49,119 nucleotides of DNA from Coriobacteriia bacterium (lineage in GTDB: Bacteria; Actinomycetota; Coriobacteriia; Anaerosomatales; PHET01). The translations under genes and the position numbers were made by a program. Where the stretch lies: the NCBI GenBank assembly GCA_038202795.1, contig JBBREQ010000002.1:1-49119 (forward strand), written 5' to 3'. Numbering within the stretch: position 1 is the first letter of the stretch; each line of letters begins with the position of its first letter. This document shows, piece by piece, positions 28,259 through 39,217 of this stretch. The notes under the pieces are model-generated. The model worked only from the letters and a program-made list of their open reading frames with translations, was not told the origin of the DNA and searched no databases.

Positions 28259-29136
28259 AGTGCCCCCGCGATCTGCGCAGGGGTGGCGGCGTCGTGCGGC
28301 ACTGCCACTCCGGCGCGGCGCAGTTCCTCAGCGAACTGAAGCAGGGGCGGTAGTTCCAACCCCCACGGCCCCAGCTCACCTACCCTGCCAAGAAGCGCGC
28401 TCGGCGCGCCATCGAACACCACCGCACCCTGATGCATGACCAACGCGCGCGCGGCTTGCATCGCCTCCGAGAGGTCGTGTGTGACCTGCAGGACAGCACG
28501 ACCCGAGGCGGCCACTTCCGCGAGCACGGCCAGAACTTCGAGGCGGCCCAACGGGTCGAGCATCGAGGTGGGCTCGTCGAGCACCAGGTAGCGAGGATCC
28601 ATCGCAAGGGCACCGGCAATGGCGAGCCGCTGCTTCTGCCCACCTGAGAGCAGGTGCGGCTCTCTGCGCTCCAGCCCGCTGAGCCCCACTGCCTTGAGTG
28701 CTTCAGCAACGCGGACGCGAATCTGCGCCCGCGGAAGTCCCAGGTTCTCTGGTCCGAATGCAACGTCGTCCTCAACCGCGGTGGCGACGATCTGGTTATC
28801 CGGATTCTGGAAGACGAGACTCACCCGCTCCCTGATCGGCCCTAGAGCGGCCTGGTCAGCAGTGCACATGTCGTCGACGCGCACCGAGCCCGTAGTGGGC
28901 AGGAGAAGCCCGTTGATCAGACGCACGAGGGTGGACTTCCCCGATCCGTTGGAGCCTAAGACGGCGACTCGCTCGCCTGGGACAATCTCCAACGAGACGC
29001 CGTGAACAGCGGGTTGCTGCTGAGCACCGGCGACGTAACTGAAACTCACGTTCTCGAAACTAATCAGGGCTCGTACCTCTCTGGAAGCTGACCGCCGGTC
29101 GCATGCGAAGTGAGGGTCCCCACTGGGGACCCTCAC
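28255..29136 (-). CDS. ecfA1: ECF transporter ATPase EcfA1 (start uncertain)
   Basis: Walker A GSNGSGKSTLV, signature LSGGQKQRLAIAG, Walker B LVLDEPTSMLD. The maximal ORF starts at the GTG at 29136, which lies inside a 12-bp hairpin stem and has no RBS. A GAGAGG RBS precedes an in-frame CTG (29067) and ATT (29064), just before the conserved ISFENVSFSY. Confidence 0.88.
   Translation of the reverse strand: MRVPSGDPHFACDRRSASREVRALISFENVSFSYVAGAQQQPAVHGVSLEIVPGERVAVLGSNGSGKSTLVRLINGLLLPTTGSVRVDDMCTADQAALGPIRERVSLVFQNPDNQIVATAVEDDVAFGPENLGLPRAQIRVRVAEALKAVGLSGLERREPHLLSGGQKQRLAIAGALAMDPRYLVLDEPTSMLDPLGRLEVLAVLAEVAASGRAVLQVTHDLSEAMQAARALVMHQGAVVFDGAPSALLGRVGELGPWGLELPPLLQFAEELRRAGVAVPHDAATPAQIAGAL
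29110..29136 (-). terminator. Perfect 12-bp stem-loop after rplQ (terminator/processing-site candidate)
   Basis: GTGAGGGTCCCC-AGT-GGGGACCCTCAC on the mRNA strand, 38 nt after the rplQ stop. Weak U-tract. Confidence 0.5.
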
Positions 29137-29174
29137 ATGGTAACGCTCTGTACCTCGAAGAGGCGGCTGACCAC

Positions 29175-29525
29175 CTAGTCGACCAGCTCCATGATCACCA
29201 TGGGAGCGGCATCGCCCTTGCGGGGGCCGAGCTTGAGGATGCGGGTGTAACCACCGTCGCGTCCCTCAAAGCGATCCTTCTCCGAGAAGATCTTGGCAAC
29301 GACTTCCTTGTTGCCCAGAGCCGCAATTGCGAGACGACGCGAATGCACATCGCCCTTCTTGGCCCACGTGATGGTCTTCTCGACCAACGGACGGACCTCT
29401 TTCGCACGTGTTTCTGTCGTCTTGATCCGGTCGTGCGCAAGTACCGCAATCGCCAGGCTCTTCAGCATCGCCTTAGTGTGGGATGCATCCGTGCCGAGCT
29501 TCCGACCTTTCTTAAGGTGTCTCAT
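29175..29525 (-). CDS. rplQ: 50S ribosomal protein L17
   Basis: 116 aa: [25 protein letters not shown]... Confidence 0.97.
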   Translation of the reverse strand: MRHLKKGRKLGTDASHTKAMLKSLAIAVLAHDRIKTTETRAKEVRPLVEKTITWAKKGDVHSRRLAIAALGNKEVVAKIFSEKDRFEGRDGGYTRILKLGPRKGDAAPMVIMELVD

Positions 29526-29541
29526 CTTAAGCGAACTCCTG

Positions 29542-30483
29542 TTACTGCTTCAGGTTGAGGCCCATGGACACAAGCTTGTCCTTGACCTCTTCGATGGACT
29601 TCGCGCCGAAATTGCGGATGTTGAGCAGATCCTGCTCAGAGCACTCCGTAAGCTGACCGATCGTGTTGACGCCCTGGCGCTTCAGGCAATTGTAGGAGCG
29701 GACGGTCAGGTCCAGCTCCTCGATCGGGGTGTCGAGCACGCTCTCGCCCTCATCGACCGCAGCGGCGAAAATGCCTTCCTCAGCAAGAGGAGTGGATGCC
29801 TGGTCGACGAAGAGCATCATGTGCTCGTCGATGATGCGACCTGCGCGGGCAACCGCATCACTCGCGTCGAGGGCACCGTTGGTCTCGACCTCAAGGGTGA
29901 GCTTGTCATAGTCGGTCCGCTGGCCCACACGCGTGTTCTCCACGACGTAGGTGCACCGGTTGACCGGCGAGAAGAGGGAGTCCACGGTAATCACTCCGAT
30001 GGGATCCTCCGCCCGTTTGTTGCGGTCGGCCGAAACGTAGCCGCGGCCAACTCCGATGCGAATGCTCATCTCAAGCTTCGCGCCCGCATTCAATGTCGCC
30101 ACCGCATGCTCCGGATTGACCAGATCGAACTCCGCCGGGACCTTCAGGTCCGCGCCGGTCACAACCGCCGGACCGGTGGCAGACAATGTAGCAACAGCGT
30201 CGCCCGCCCCGATCTCAGTATCGCGAAACACAAGCCCCTTCACGTTGAGAACGATGTCCGTGACATCCTCGCGCACGCCCTCGATTGAAGCGAACTCGTG
30301 CTGAATGCCCTCGACGCGAATCGAGGTGGCTGCCGCACCCTGCAGCGAAGAGAGCAGCACACGGCGCATGCAGTTGCCCAGCGTGTAGCCAAAGCCACGC
30401 TCAAGCGGTTCCACTACGAAACGAGCGATCCGGTCATCGATACGATCGACCGTGACCTGGGGCCTCATGAACTCAGTCATCAA
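29542..30483 (-). CDS. rpoA: DNA-directed RNA polymerase subunit alpha
   Basis: 313 aa. N-terminal domain [23 protein letters not shown]; C-terminal domain [22 protein letters not shown]...[14 protein letters not shown]. Confidence 0.97.
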   Translation of the reverse strand: MMTEFMRPQVTVDRIDDRIARFVVEPLERGFGYTLGNCMRRVLLSSLQGAAATSIRVEGIQHEFASIEGVREDVTDIVLNVKGLVFRDTEIGAGDAVATLSATGPAVVTGADLKVPAEFDLVNPEHAVATLNAGAKLEMSIRIGVGRGYVSADRNKRAEDPIGVITVDSLFSPVNRCTYVVENTRVGQRTDYDKLTLEVETNGALDASDAVARAGRIIDEHMMLFVDQASTPLAEEGIFAAAVDEGESVLDTPIEELDLTVRSYNCLKRQGVNTIGQLTECSEQDLLNIRNFGAKSIEEVKDKLVSMGLNLKQ

Positions 30484-30509
30484 GCAGCCTCCCTGGCTTC
30501 TCGGTCCTA

Positions 30510-31136
30510 CTACTTGGAGTACAGCTCGACGATCAGCTGCTCACGAACAGGAGCGTCGATCATCTCGCGTGTCGGCAATGACAGGACCTTGCCCTGCAGC
30601 TTCTCGATATCAACCTCGAGCCAGCCAGGAACTTCAATCTTCTCAGACGAGATGAGCGCCGTCTTGATCACCAACAGGTCTTTCGACTTCACGCCAATTG
30701 CCACCAGATCCCCGCCGCGAACGCGATACGACGGAATGTTGACGCGGATGCCGTTGACCGTCACGTGGTTGTGACGAACGATCTGGCGTGCCTCATCACG
30801 GGACTTGGCGAAACCCAGTCGGTAGACGACATTGTCAAGGCGACTCTCCAGAATGCGGAGCAGGTTCTCGCCCGTGATGCCCTTCTGTCGACTGGCGGTC
30901 TCATAGTAGCCACGGAACTGCTTCTCAAGCAGACCGTAGATACGCTTGGTCTTCTGCTTCTCGCGAAGCTGGACTCGATACTCACTATCGCGCGGCCGCT
31001 TCTTACCCGCCTGACCAGGCGGGTACGGACGACGCTCAATGGCGCACTTGTCGCCATAGCAGCGGTCACCCTTGAGGAAAAGCTTGATCCCCTCGCGGCG
31101 GCACAGGCGGCAATCCGCCCCGGTGTAACGTGCCAT
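30510..31136 (-). CDS. rpsD: 30S ribosomal protein S4
   Basis: 208 aa: [26 protein letters not shown]... Confidence 0.97.
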   Translation of the reverse strand: MARYTGADCRLCRREGIKLFLKGDRCYGDKCAIERRPYPPGQAGKKRPRDSEYRVQLREKQKTKRIYGLLEKQFRGYYETASRQKGITGENLLRILESRLDNVVYRLGFAKSRDEARQIVRHNHVTVNGIRVNIPSYRVRGGDLVAIGVKSKDLLVIKTALISSEKIEVPGWLEVDIEKLQGKVLSLPTREMIDAPVREQLIVELYSK

Positions 31137-31162
31137 CTTGTTCGATTCCCTTCAGGTAAAAG

Positions 31163-31564
31163 CTAGACCCGGCGGCGCTTGCGCGGCCGGCAGCCGTTGT
31201 GCGGAACAGGGGTGCAGTCCTGGATGGCCGAGATCTCCAGTCCAGCGGCCTGCAAAGAACGAACAGCGGTCTCACGACCGGAGCCCGGACCCTTGACGAA
31301 CACGGCAACCTTACGGAGTCCGTGCTCCTGAGCCATCTTCGCAGCGGCCTCGGCGGCCATCTGCGCAGCGAAGGGTGTAGACTTCCGCGAGCCTTTGAAG
31401 CCCACGGTGCCTGCGCTCTGCCAGGAGATCACGTTGCCCGAGGGGTCGGTGATAGTCACAATCGTGTTGTTGAACGTGCTCTTGATATGCGCCTGGCCGA
31501 CTGCGATGTTCTTACGCTCGCTGCGCTTGAGGCGTGTGCGTACGTTCTTCTTCTTAGCGGCCAT
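31163..31564 (-). CDS. rpsK: 30S ribosomal protein S11
   Basis: 133 aa: ...[18 protein letters not shown]...[14 protein letters not shown]...[13 protein letters not shown]. Confidence 0.97.
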   Translation of the reverse strand: MAAKKKNVRTRLKRSERKNIAVGQAHIKSTFNNTIVTITDPSGNVISWQSAGTVGFKGSRKSTPFAAQMAAEAAAKMAQEHGLRKVAVFVKGPGSGRETAVRSLQAAGLEISAIQDCTPVPHNGCRPRKRRRV

Positions 31565-31566
31565 GC

Positions 31567-31941
31567 TTACTTGCCCTTCTTCTTAGCGCCGATCTGGCGA
31601 CGCGGACCCTTGCGGGTGCGTGCGTTGGTATGAGTGCGCTGGCCGCGGACCGGTAGGCCCTTGCGGTGGCGCAGGCCGCGGTAGCAGCCTATCTCCATCA
31701 GACGCTTGATGTTCTGTGCGACTTCACGACGAAGGTCACCCTCGACCTTGAGGTTCTTGTCGATGAACTCGCGCAGACGGACGACCTCTTCTTCCGTGAG
31801 GTCGCGTACGCGTGTGTCGGGGTTGATCCCGGAATCACGCAGAATACGCTGGCTGGTCGTAAGACCGATGCCGAGTATGTAGGTCAGGCCGATTTCGACG
31901 CGCTTCTCGCGCGGCAGATCGACACCTGCGATTCGGGCCAC
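31567..31941 (-). CDS. rpsM: 30S ribosomal protein S13
   Basis: 124 aa: [26 protein letters not shown]... Confidence 0.97.
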   Translation of the reverse strand: MARIAGVDLPREKRVEIGLTYILGIGLTTSQRILRDSGINPDTRVRDLTEEEVVRLREFIDKNLKVEGDLRREVAQNIKRLMEIGCYRGLRHRKGLPVRGQRTHTNARTRKGPRRQIGAKKKGK

Positions 31942-31953
31942 TCGTGCTCCCTC

Positions 31954-32067
31954 CTAGCCCTGGCGCTGCTTATGGCGCGGATTCTCGCAGATAACGAGAA
32001 CTCGGCCATGGCGCCGGATCACCTTGCACTTATCACACATCTTCTTGACGGAAGGACGTACCTTCAT
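31954..32067 (-). CDS. rpmJ: 50S ribosomal protein L36 (Zn-ribbon form)
   Basis: 37 aa from the ATG at 32067: [37 protein letters not shown]. Confidence 0.95.
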   Translation of the reverse strand: MKVRPSVKKMCDKCKVIRRHGRVLVICENPRHKQRQG

Positions 32068-32192
32068 CTTCTCGTCTTCCTTTCGCGATTCACATCTATG
32101 TACACGCCCAGCCGCAGGCATTGGTTTTCGTACGTGGTGGACACGAGCACACACGGCGCCGGGAGTGCCCACTACCCGGTACCCAGAGCACT

Positions 32193-32414
32193 CTACTTGT
32201 AGCGGTAGGTGATTCTTCCCCGACTCAGATCATAGGGCGACAGCTCAACGACGACCTTGTCTCCAGGCAGAATACGGATGTAGTGCATACGCATCTTGCC
32301 CGAGATATGAGCAAGCACCTTGTGACCATTCTCCAGCTCCACGCGAAACATCGCGTTGGGCAGAGGCTCGGTCACCGTGCCTTCAAGCTCAATTGCATCG
32401 TCCTTCTTTGTCAC
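32193..32414 (-). CDS. infA: Translation initiation factor IF-1
   Basis: 73 aa from the GTG at 32414 ([42 protein letters not shown]...), with AAGGAG 10 nt upstream. Confidence 0.95.
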   Translation of the reverse strand: MTKKDDAIELEGTVTEPLPNAMFRVELENGHKVLAHISGKMRMHYIRILPGDKVVVELSPYDLSRGRITYRYK

Positions 32415-32518
32415 TCTATGTTTACTCCTTGGAAGGCCTGAATCCGCAAGTGAATATGGTATCTCAGCTGAGGTCCCGAGTCCACACATTTCTTCTGGGC
32501 GTGGCTGAGCTCTGTTCT

Positions 32519-33271
32519 CTACGGCTCAACGGTGAGAACGAGCGGACCGTCCTCGGTAATCGCTACCGTGTGCTCGAAGTGGGCCGAGATCGACCCATCA
32601 CGTGTCACCACGGTCCACCCGTCCGACAACGCATCAACCTCGTGGCTGCCGGCATTGATCATGGGTTCGATCGCGAGCACCATACCAATTTCCAGGCGTG
32701 GGCCGGTCCCGGGCGTACCATAGTTGGGAACATTCGGATCCTCGTGCATCGCCCTGCCTATGCCATGTCCGACGTACTCGCGGACGACTCCAAACCCGTC
32801 TCTCTCTGCAACATGCTGAACCGCTGCACCGATGTCGTAGAGTCGCTTTCCTTTGGTGCACTGCTCGATGCCTGCACCGAGCGACGCTTCCGTCACATCG
32901 AGAAGACGACGCGCCAGGTCCGAGATGCGCCCCACTCCGAACGTGGCGGCATTGTCTCCGTAGTAACCGTTGATGACCGCACCCACATCGACTGATATCA
33001 CATCGCCCTCACGCAGGGCGATGCTGTCCGAGGGAATCCCGTGAACAACCTGGGAGTTCAGGGATGTGCACAAGGTCGCAGGGAACCCGTGATAGCCCTT
33101 GAAGGCCGGGACACCACCGTCATCCCTGATCGCCGCCTCTGCGATCGCATCAAGCTCGAGTGTGGTCACGCCAGGCCCAATCGCCTCGCCCACAAGACGG
33201 AGAGCCCGTGCGCTGATGCGCCCGGCCTCTCTCATCGTTTGTATCTCCATCGCCGACTTGCGAACGATCAC
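32519..33271 (-). CDS. map: Type I methionine aminopeptidase
   Basis: 250 aa from the GTG at 33271 ([17 protein letters not shown]...). Metal ligands in [31 protein letters not shown]. The track ORF's upstream 65 codons overlap adk. Confidence 0.93.
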   Translation of the reverse strand: MIVRKSAMEIQTMREAGRISARALRLVGEAIGPGVTTLELDAIAEAAIRDDGGVPAFKGYHGFPATLCTSLNSQVVHGIPSDSIALREGDVISVDVGAVINGYYGDNAATFGVGRISDLARRLLDVTEASLGAGIEQCTKGKRLYDIGAAVQHVAERDGFGVVREYVGHGIGRAMHEDPNVPNYGTPGTGPRLEIGMVLAIEPMINAGSHEVDALSDGWTVVTRDGSISAHFEHTVAITEDGPLVLTVEP

Positions 33272-33278
33272 GTCTTGA

Positions 33279-33908
33279 CTACGCCTCCAGCGCGACCCGG
33301 ACATCAGCCCAAACCGCTTCGACTGGGCGATCGCCGTCAATCTGGTGAAGGATCCCCTTGGCGCTGTAATAGTCGATGAGCGGCGCTGTCGACTTCTCAT
33401 AGACGTCCAGACGGTTACGTACCGTGGCCTCATTGTCGTCATCCCGCTGGTAGAGCGCACCGCCACACACAGTACAGCTGAGTCCTTCAGAGACGCTCGT
33501 GATGCGCCCGCACTGTCGACAGGAGCGACGAGCGGTCAGACGCCTGACGATCACCTCGGGATCGACGAGGACCGCGACCGCCGTGTCGATCTTCTTGCCG
33601 ACAGAAGCGAGCTCGGTATCAAGCACCTCGGCCTGCGCCTTGGTCCGGGGGAAACCATCGAGAATGAAGCCCTTGCCAGTGTCCGGTTGGGAAAGACGTT
33701 CCTTCACAAGGCCCACAACGATCGAGTCGGGAACCAGTTCTCCGGCATCCATGAAACGCTTCGCCTCAAGTCCCAGTAGAGAGCCGTTGGTCACAGCGGC
33801 GCGTAGAATGTCACCTGTCGAGATGTGCGGCAGCCCATAGACCTCAATAATGTTGGCGGCCTGCGTTCCCTTGCCGGCTCCAGGCGCGCCGAGCAGCACG
33901 ATGTTCAT
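33279..33908 (-). CDS. adk: Adenylate kinase (Zn-lid type)
   Basis: MNIVLLGAPGAGKGTQA from the ATG at 33908, with GGAAGGGGAG upstream. Lid CRQCG...CTVCG. Confidence 0.96.
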   Translation of the reverse strand: MNIVLLGAPGAGKGTQAANIIEVYGLPHISTGDILRAAVTNGSLLGLEAKRFMDAGELVPDSIVVGLVKERLSQPDTGKGFILDGFPRTKAQAEVLDTELASVGKKIDTAVAVLVDPEVIVRRLTARRSCRQCGRITSVSEGLSCTVCGGALYQRDDDNEATVRNRLDVYEKSTAPLIDYYSAKGILHQIDGDRPVEAVWADVRVALEA

Positions 33909-33934
33909 GAACCCCACTCCCCTTCCTGCTGTCC

Positions 33935-35209
33935 CTACTTGAAGAAGCCGTCATAGTGTCGCATCTTCAGCTGGCTCTCGATCTGAGTCATGGTCTCGAG
34001 AGCGACACCCACCATGATGAGGATCGATGTGCCGCCGAACTGCTGGACCAGAGTGTTCTGAGTAGCACTGAAGATGATGGACGGCACGACCGCGATTGCT
34101 CCTAGGAACAGGGCACCCGGCAGTGTGATGCGATTCAGAACGTTCTCGATGTAGCGCACCGTAGTGGAGCCGGGGCGCACACCGGGGATGAACCCGCCGT
34201 TCTTGCGCAGGTTGTCCGACAGATCGATCGGGTTGAAGACGAGCGACGTGTAGAAGTAGGTGAAGAACACGATCAGGATGAATTCAAGCGTCCAGTTGAC
34301 CGGCCCCTTCGCCAATGACGCCGCAGTCTGCGTCAACCACGTCGGAGGGTTGGGAACCAGTTGGCTCAACTGGAGGGGGAAGAACAGAATCGCCGAGGCG
34401 AAGATGATCGGTACCACGTTCGCGCCGTTGATCTTGAGCGGTATGTAGGTCCCGCTGCCTCCGTACACACGCCGTCCGATGACTCTCTTCGCGTACTGGA
34501 CGGGGATGCGACGTTGCGCACGCTCCATGTAGACGATAGCCGCGATGATGAACACCACGATGACAACCATGAGCACTGTGAAGAGGCCGCTTCCGAACTG
34601 CACCGATTGCACGATGGCAACGGGGAATCGGGACACGATGCTCGCGAAGATGAGCAAGGACATGCCGTTGCCGATGCCGCGCTGCGTGATCAGCTCACCG
34701 AACCACATGATGAGCGCGGTACCAGCGACCAACGATATCAGTATGACCAAGCTCGTGAACCAGACCGGCGGAAGGCCGGGGCCCGTCGTGGGCAGAGCGC
34801 CCGGAAAGCTCCTGAAGACCGTGAGGAGCCCGAGTGCCGAGAGCGTTCCAATACCCAACGTCAGGTACCGCGTGACCTGCGTGATCTTGCGCTGCCCTGA
34901 CTCGCCCTCCTTGGCCCAACGTTCGACCTGGGGAATCACACCCTGGAGCAGCTGCATGATGATCGATGCCGTGATGTAGGGCATGATGCCCAGCGAGAAC
35001 ACCGCGAACTGCTCGAGCGCCCCTCCCGAGAACAGGCTCAGGAGGTTCAATGCGGCAGTGTCCTGCACCTGGCTTTGAACCACTGCAGTGTTGACTCCAG
35101 GAACGGGGATGAACGACCCCACCCGATAGAGCGCGATGATTCCCAAAGTGAACAAGATCTTTCGGCGAAGCTCAGGTACGCGAAACGCGTTCGCAATCGC
35201 TGCTAGCAC
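33935..35209 (-). CDS. secY: Preprotein translocase subunit SecY
   Basis: 424 aa, 10-TM pattern: ...LGIMPYITASIIMQLL... The GTG start overlaps the rplO end by 7 nt. Confidence 0.96.
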   Translation of the reverse strand: MLAAIANAFRVPELRRKILFTLGIIALYRVGSFIPVPGVNTAVVQSQVQDTAALNLLSLFSGGALEQFAVFSLGIMPYITASIIMQLLQGVIPQVERWAKEGESGQRKITQVTRYLTLGIGTLSALGLLTVFRSFPGALPTTGPGLPPVWFTSLVILISLVAGTALIMWFGELITQRGIGNGMSLLIFASIVSRFPVAIVQSVQFGSGLFTVLMVVIVVFIIAAIVYMERAQRRIPVQYAKRVIGRRVYGGSGTYIPLKINGANVVPIIFASAILFFPLQLSQLVPNPPTWLTQTAASLAKGPVNWTLEFILIVFFTYFYTSLVFNPIDLSDNLRKNGGFIPGVRPGSTTVRYIENVLNRITLPGALFLGAIAVVPSIIFSATQNTLVQQFGGTSILIMVGVALETMTQIESQLKMRHYDGFFK

Positions 35210-35652
35210 GGCGTCTCTACCGTCCCTCCTGCGGCCTCGATCTTGGCCTTGGCCGGACCGGACACCTTGTCGACCTTCACCTCGAGCTTCTTGGTCAGCT
35301 CACCGTCACCGAGAACTTTGACCAGCTCGGCGGCTGACTTGATGACGCCCTTTTCGACAAGCGATTCGTTGGAGACAAGCTCGCCGTCCGCGTAGAGGCC
35401 ATCGAGGCGAGATACGTTGACCACCGAGTACTCGACCCGGTTGCGGTTTGTGAAGCCCGGGAGTTTAGGCATCCGCATGTGCAGCGGGTTCTGACCACCC
35501 TCAAACCCAGGGCCCTTGCCTCCACCAGCGCGAGAGAGCTGTCCGTTGTCACCTCGACCGGCAGTACTACCGTGACCGCTACCGTTACCGCGGCCGACGC
35601 GCTTGCGGTTCTTACGCGAACCGGGGGCGGGGAATAGATCGTGAATCTGCAT
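35203..35652 (-). CDS. rplO: 50S ribosomal protein L15
   Basis: 149 aa from the ATG at 35652 (MQIHDLFPAPGSRKNRKRVGRGNGSGHG...), with GAAGGAG upstream. Confidence 0.95.
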   Translation of the reverse strand: MQIHDLFPAPGSRKNRKRVGRGNGSGHGSTAGRGDNGQLSRAGGGKGPGFEGGQNPLHMRMPKLPGFTNRNRVEYSVVNVSRLDGLYADGELVSNESLVEKGVIKSAAELVKVLGDGELTKKLEVKVDKVSGPAKAKIEAAGGTVETPC

Positions 35653-35804
35653 GCTGTCTGGCTCCTTCATGTTCGCTACCGACGGTTCCCCGTCGTTGCC
35701 GGCCGCTCGCCGCCGACTGACTTGACAACAACATCTCGGCATCGTATCAGAAGCCGATGGCCCGACGCGCCTGCGTCGGGCCGAATATCTTGAATCAGCT
35801 GCGC

Positions 35805-36005
35805 CTAGATTTCCTCGACCTCGACAAGATGCTTGACCTTGAAGATCATCCCGCGGACGGCCGGGTTATCGACCTGTTCGACTGAATGCCGGATTCGTTT
35901 CAATCCAAGTGCCCTAAGCGTCGCGCCCTGATCGCCGGGGCAGCTGATGCTGCTTCTGACCTGCGTCACCCTAAGTGTCTTGGCCGGTGCTTTCTTCTTC
36001 GGCAT
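35805..36005 (-). CDS. rpmD: 50S ribosomal protein L30
   Basis: 66 aa: ...[28 protein letters not shown]... Confidence 0.93.
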   Translation of the reverse strand: MPKKKAPAKTLRVTQVRSSISCPGDQGATLRALGLKRIRHSVEQVDNPAVRGMIFKVKHLVEVEEI

Positions 36006-36008
36006 GAC

Positions 36009-36518
36009 CTACTCCTCCCAGCCGTAGATCTGGGCGACTGACTTGCCGCGGCGACGAGCGACCTCTTCGGCGCTGGAGAGCGACTTGAGGCCCTGCGCGG
36101 CAGCCTTCACCATGTTCAGTGCGTTGTCAGTGCCGAGCGACTTGCTCAGCACATCATGAATGCCGCAGAGCTCGAGCAGCGCGCGCACCGGTCCACCTGC
36201 GATGATTCCGGTACCGGGCGCAGCCGGCTTGAGCATGACGCGGCCGGCGCCAAAGACGCCGTAGATCTCGTGCGGGATGGTCCCGTTAATCACAGGAACC
36301 TTGAACATGTTCTTCTTGGCGTCCTCGATGCCCTTCTTGATGGCGACCGGGACCTCCTGCGACTTGCCCATACCAACACCGACGTTTCCAGCACCGTCGC
36401 CCACGACCACCAGCGCGGTCAGCGCGAAACGCCGACCACCCTTGACGACCTTGGAGACTCGGTTGATATAGACAACCTTCTCCTGGAGCTCCGACACCGG
36501 GGCTTCCCTGCGTGCCAT
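36009..36518 (-). CDS. rpsE: 30S ribosomal protein S5
   Basis: 169 aa from the ATG at 36518 ([31 protein letters not shown]...), with AGGGAGGAAGG RBS. Confidence 0.96.
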   Translation of the reverse strand: MARREAPVSELQEKVVYINRVSKVVKGGRRFALTALVVVGDGAGNVGVGMGKSQEVPVAIKKGIEDAKKNMFKVPVINGTIPHEIYGVFGAGRVMLKPAAPGTGIIAGGPVRALLELCGIHDVLSKSLGTDNALNMVKAAAQGLKSLSSAEEVARRRGKSVAQIYGWEE

Positions 36519-36528
36519 ACCTTCCTCC

Positions 36529-36897
36529 CTAGAACTTGAGGCCGGCGCTACGAGCACCGTCTGCCAGAGCTTTGACCCGACCGTGATACAGGCGGCCACC
36601 GCGGTCGAAGATGACCTCAGTGATGCCGGCCTCGAGCGCCCGTCGTCCCAGAGCCTCACCAACAACCTTGGCGGCGTCGATATTCGCTCCGGACTTCAAT
36701 GACGCTTTCGTCTCAGCGTCCAGGCTCGACGCCGAGACGACCGTGAGGCCGTTCTTGTCGTCGATGACCTGGGCGTAGATATGTGCATTGGTGCGGTTGA
36801 CGCACAGGCGCGGACGCTCGGGCGTCCCGCTGACCTTACCGCGGACACGGCGGTGGCGGCGGGTGAGCGCTGCCTGCTTCGCCTTAAGCTTGTCCAT
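36529..36897 (-). CDS. rplR: 50S ribosomal protein L18
   Basis: 122 aa: ...[20 protein letters not shown]...[24 protein letters not shown]. Confidence 0.96.
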   Translation of the reverse strand: MDKLKAKQAALTRRHRRVRGKVSGTPERPRLCVNRTNAHIYAQVIDDKNGLTVVSASSLDAETKASLKSGANIDAAKVVGEALGRRALEAGITEVIFDRGGRLYHGRVKALADGARSAGLKF

Positions 36898-36949
36898 GAA
36901 CTCGATCTCCTCGTTTCACACGGCCCTTACCGGGCCGAACAGACTCGCG

Positions 36950-37486
36950 TTACTTGGCAGCCTTGCCGAGCTTGCGACGGACATACTCGCCCTCATAACG
37001 CACACCCTTGCCCTTGTAGGGCTCAGGCTTGCGCCAGGCACGGATCTCGGCGGCCACTTGACCGACGCGCTGCTTGTCGATTCCACTGACCGTGATCTTG
37101 GTTGGCGCGGGAACCTCGAACGTGATTCCTGGCTCGGGCTTCACAACCACCGGGTGGCTGAAGCCCAAGGCGAGCTCAAGATCCGAACCCTTCAAAACCG
37201 CTCGGTAACCAACACCGACGATCTCAAGGTTCTTTGAATAGCCATCAGAGACACCGATCACCATATTGGCGATGAGTGTTCGGGTGAGTCCGTGCAGCGA
37301 ACGAGCCTCACGACCGTCATCAGGACGGGTCACCACAACGGCACCCTCGTCCATCGAGATGGTGAGCACGTCAGTGAAGCTCTGCTCAAGCTGGCCCTTG
37401 GGACCCTTGACGCTGACGGTCGAACCATCGATCTTGACTTCTACCCCGGACGGAACCGGGATGGGCTGCTTGCCGATACGTGACAC
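36950..37486 (-). CDS. rplF: 50S ribosomal protein L6
   Basis: 178 aa: [21 protein letters not shown]...[13 protein letters not shown]. Confidence 0.96.
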   Translation of the reverse strand: MSRIGKQPIPVPSGVEVKIDGSTVSVKGPKGQLEQSFTDVLTISMDEGAVVVTRPDDGREARSLHGLTRTLIANMVIGVSDGYSKNLEIVGVGYRAVLKGSDLELALGFSHPVVVKPEPGITFEVPAPTKITVSGIDKQRVGQVAAEIRAWRKPEPYKGKGVRYEGEYVRRKLGKAAK

Positions 37487-37515
37487 GGCTTTCGCTCCTT
37501 TCCTTGGTCCGGGTC

Positions 37516-37914
37516 TTACCAGACGTATGCGATGACTTCGCCACCGACGCCCGCTTTGCGGGCGGCGCGCTCGGTCATCACACCGGCTGATGTGGATATG
37601 ACGGCGATGCCTAGTCCGCCCAGGACGCGAGGGAGCTCGTCCTTCTTGGCGTAGACGCGCAGACCGGGCTTGCTGATGCGGCGCAGGCCGGTGATCGTGC
37701 GCTCTTTGCGCGGACCGTACTTCAAAGTGACCTCAAGCGAGTCCTGAGGGGAGCCCTCAAGAACCTGATAGTCGATGATGTAGCCCTCTTGCTTGAGAAT
37801 ACGAGCGATCTCGACGAGCTTCTTGCTCGACGGCATCGTCGTGCTCGCCTTGTACGCCGAGTTGGCGTTACGGATACGCGTCAGCATATCGGCGATCGGA
37901 TCGGTCATGCTCAT
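37516..37914 (-). CDS. rpsH: 30S ribosomal protein S8
   Basis: 132 aa: [17 protein letters not shown]...GGEVIAYVW. Confidence 0.97.
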   Translation of the reverse strand: MSMTDPIADMLTRIRNANSAYKASTTMPSSKKLVEIARILKQEGYIIDYQVLEGSPQDSLEVTLKYGPRKERTITGLRRISKPGLRVYAKKDELPRVLGGLGIAVISTSAGVMTERAARKAGVGGEVIAYVW

Positions 37915-38018
37915 GTGTTCCTCCTATGGTCCGGGATGAGCCCTGTCCGCGGTTCGTGTCCGCCCGTGGCGATCACGCCAGTCCGGATGGGTCTCTCCAA
38001 GCGTGCGACGAAAATGAT

Positions 38019-38204
38019 TTACCAGCTCGCCTTGCGCACGCCGGGGAGTTCGCCTCGGAGAGCCAGCTCCCGCACGCAGATACGGCACAGACCAAACTTG
38101 CGGTAGAACGCCCGCGGCCTGCCGCAACGACTGCAGCGGTTGTGCTGGCGTACGTCAAACTTCGGTGTACGCTTCGCCTTGGCGATCATCGACTTCTTAG
38201 CCAC
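38019..38204 (-). CDS. rpsZ: 30S ribosomal protein S14 type Z (Zn-binding)
   Basis: 61 aa from the GTG at 38204 ([46 protein letters not shown]...KASW), with GGAGG upstream. CxxC...CxxC motif. Confidence 0.94.
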   Translation of the reverse strand: MAKKSMIAKAKRTPKFDVRQHNRCSRCGRPRAFYRKFGLCRICVRELALRGELPGVRKASW

Positions 38205-38255
38205 TTCCAACCTCCATTTCGCGGCGGGTCGCATCTCCCGCCGAGGGGTACTTCG

Positions 38256-38798
38256 CTACTTCTTGAAAGGGAAACCAAAAGCGTCGAGCAATGCCCTGGC
38301 CTCCGCGTCTGACTTCGCACTGGTGACAAAGGTGATGTCCATACCGCGCGTACGGTCCACCCTGTCGTAGTCGACCTCGGGGAAGATCAGCTGCTCGGTA
38401 ACGCCCATCGAGTAGTTTCCTCGGCCGTCGAAACTCTTCGCAGACAGGCCCCGGAAGTCACGGATACGGGGTATGGCGGCTGCGACGAGCCGGTCGAAGA
38501 ACTCCCACATACGATCCCCGCGAAGCGTGACCTTCGCGCCGATCGGCATACCCTGGCGGATCTTGAAGCTAGCAATCGACTTACGAGCGCGCGTCGTCAT
38601 CGGCTGCTGACCGGTGATGATGCGCATGTCTTCAATGGCGGCGTCGAGCTGCTTGATGTCCTGAACCGCCGCGCCCACGCCCATGTTGACAACGATCTTC
38701 TCCAGACGCGGAATCTCGTTGACGTTGGCGTACTCGAGCTGCTCCTTGAGTGCCGGAACAACCTCGCTCCAGTACTTCTCTTTCAGTCTTGGTGCCAT
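38256..38798 (-). CDS. rplE: 50S ribosomal protein L5
   Basis: 180 aa from the ATG at 38798 ([20 protein letters not shown]...). Confidence 0.96.
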   Translation of the reverse strand: MAPRLKEKYWSEVVPALKEQLEYANVNEIPRLEKIVVNMGVGAAVQDIKQLDAAIEDMRIITGQQPMTTRARKSIASFKIRQGMPIGAKVTLRGDRMWEFFDRLVAAAIPRIRDFRGLSAKSFDGRGNYSMGVTEQLIFPEVDYDRVDRTRGMDITFVTSAKSDAEARALLDAFGFPFKK

Positions 38799-38886
38799 GG
38801 TGCGTCTATCCTCCATCTTGGGGTTCTCAGTGCAGGATTTCTGACCCTACACCTCCGCGCGCGTGCCGCGGAGCCGGTTTCACCGA

Positions 38887-39207
38887 CTACTTGTCGATGT
38901 CGTTTTCGCACTTCTTGCAGACCCGAACTGCCGTACCTTCGATACGCTTGCGGCCCACGCGGGTCGCCTGCGAGCAGCTCGGGCAGACCAGCATCACGTT
39001 ACTGACGTGAATCGGAGCCTCGATCTCGAGGATTCCGCCTTTGGGCTGGCGCTGAGTCGGCTTGGTCGCCTTCTTGACCATGTTGATACGCTCGACAATG
39101 ACGCGAGACTTGTACGGCAAGGTCGCGATGACCTTGGCCTCCTTGCCCTTGTCCTTGCCGGCGATGACCCTGACCTTATCGCCCGTGCGGATGCCCAGTT
39201 TAGTCAT
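38887..39207 (-). CDS. rplX: 50S ribosomal protein L24 (with CxxC...CxxC knuckle)
   Basis: 106 aa. KOW motif GDKVRVIAGKDKGKEAKV; C-terminal half contains CPSC...CKKC. Confidence 0.95.
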   Translation of the reverse strand: MTKLGIRTGDKVRVIAGKDKGKEAKVIATLPYKSRVIVERINMVKKATKPTQRQPKGGILEIEAPIHVSNVMLVCPSCSQATRVGRKRIEGTAVRVCKKCENDIDK

Positions 39208-39217
39208 GTCATTCCTC

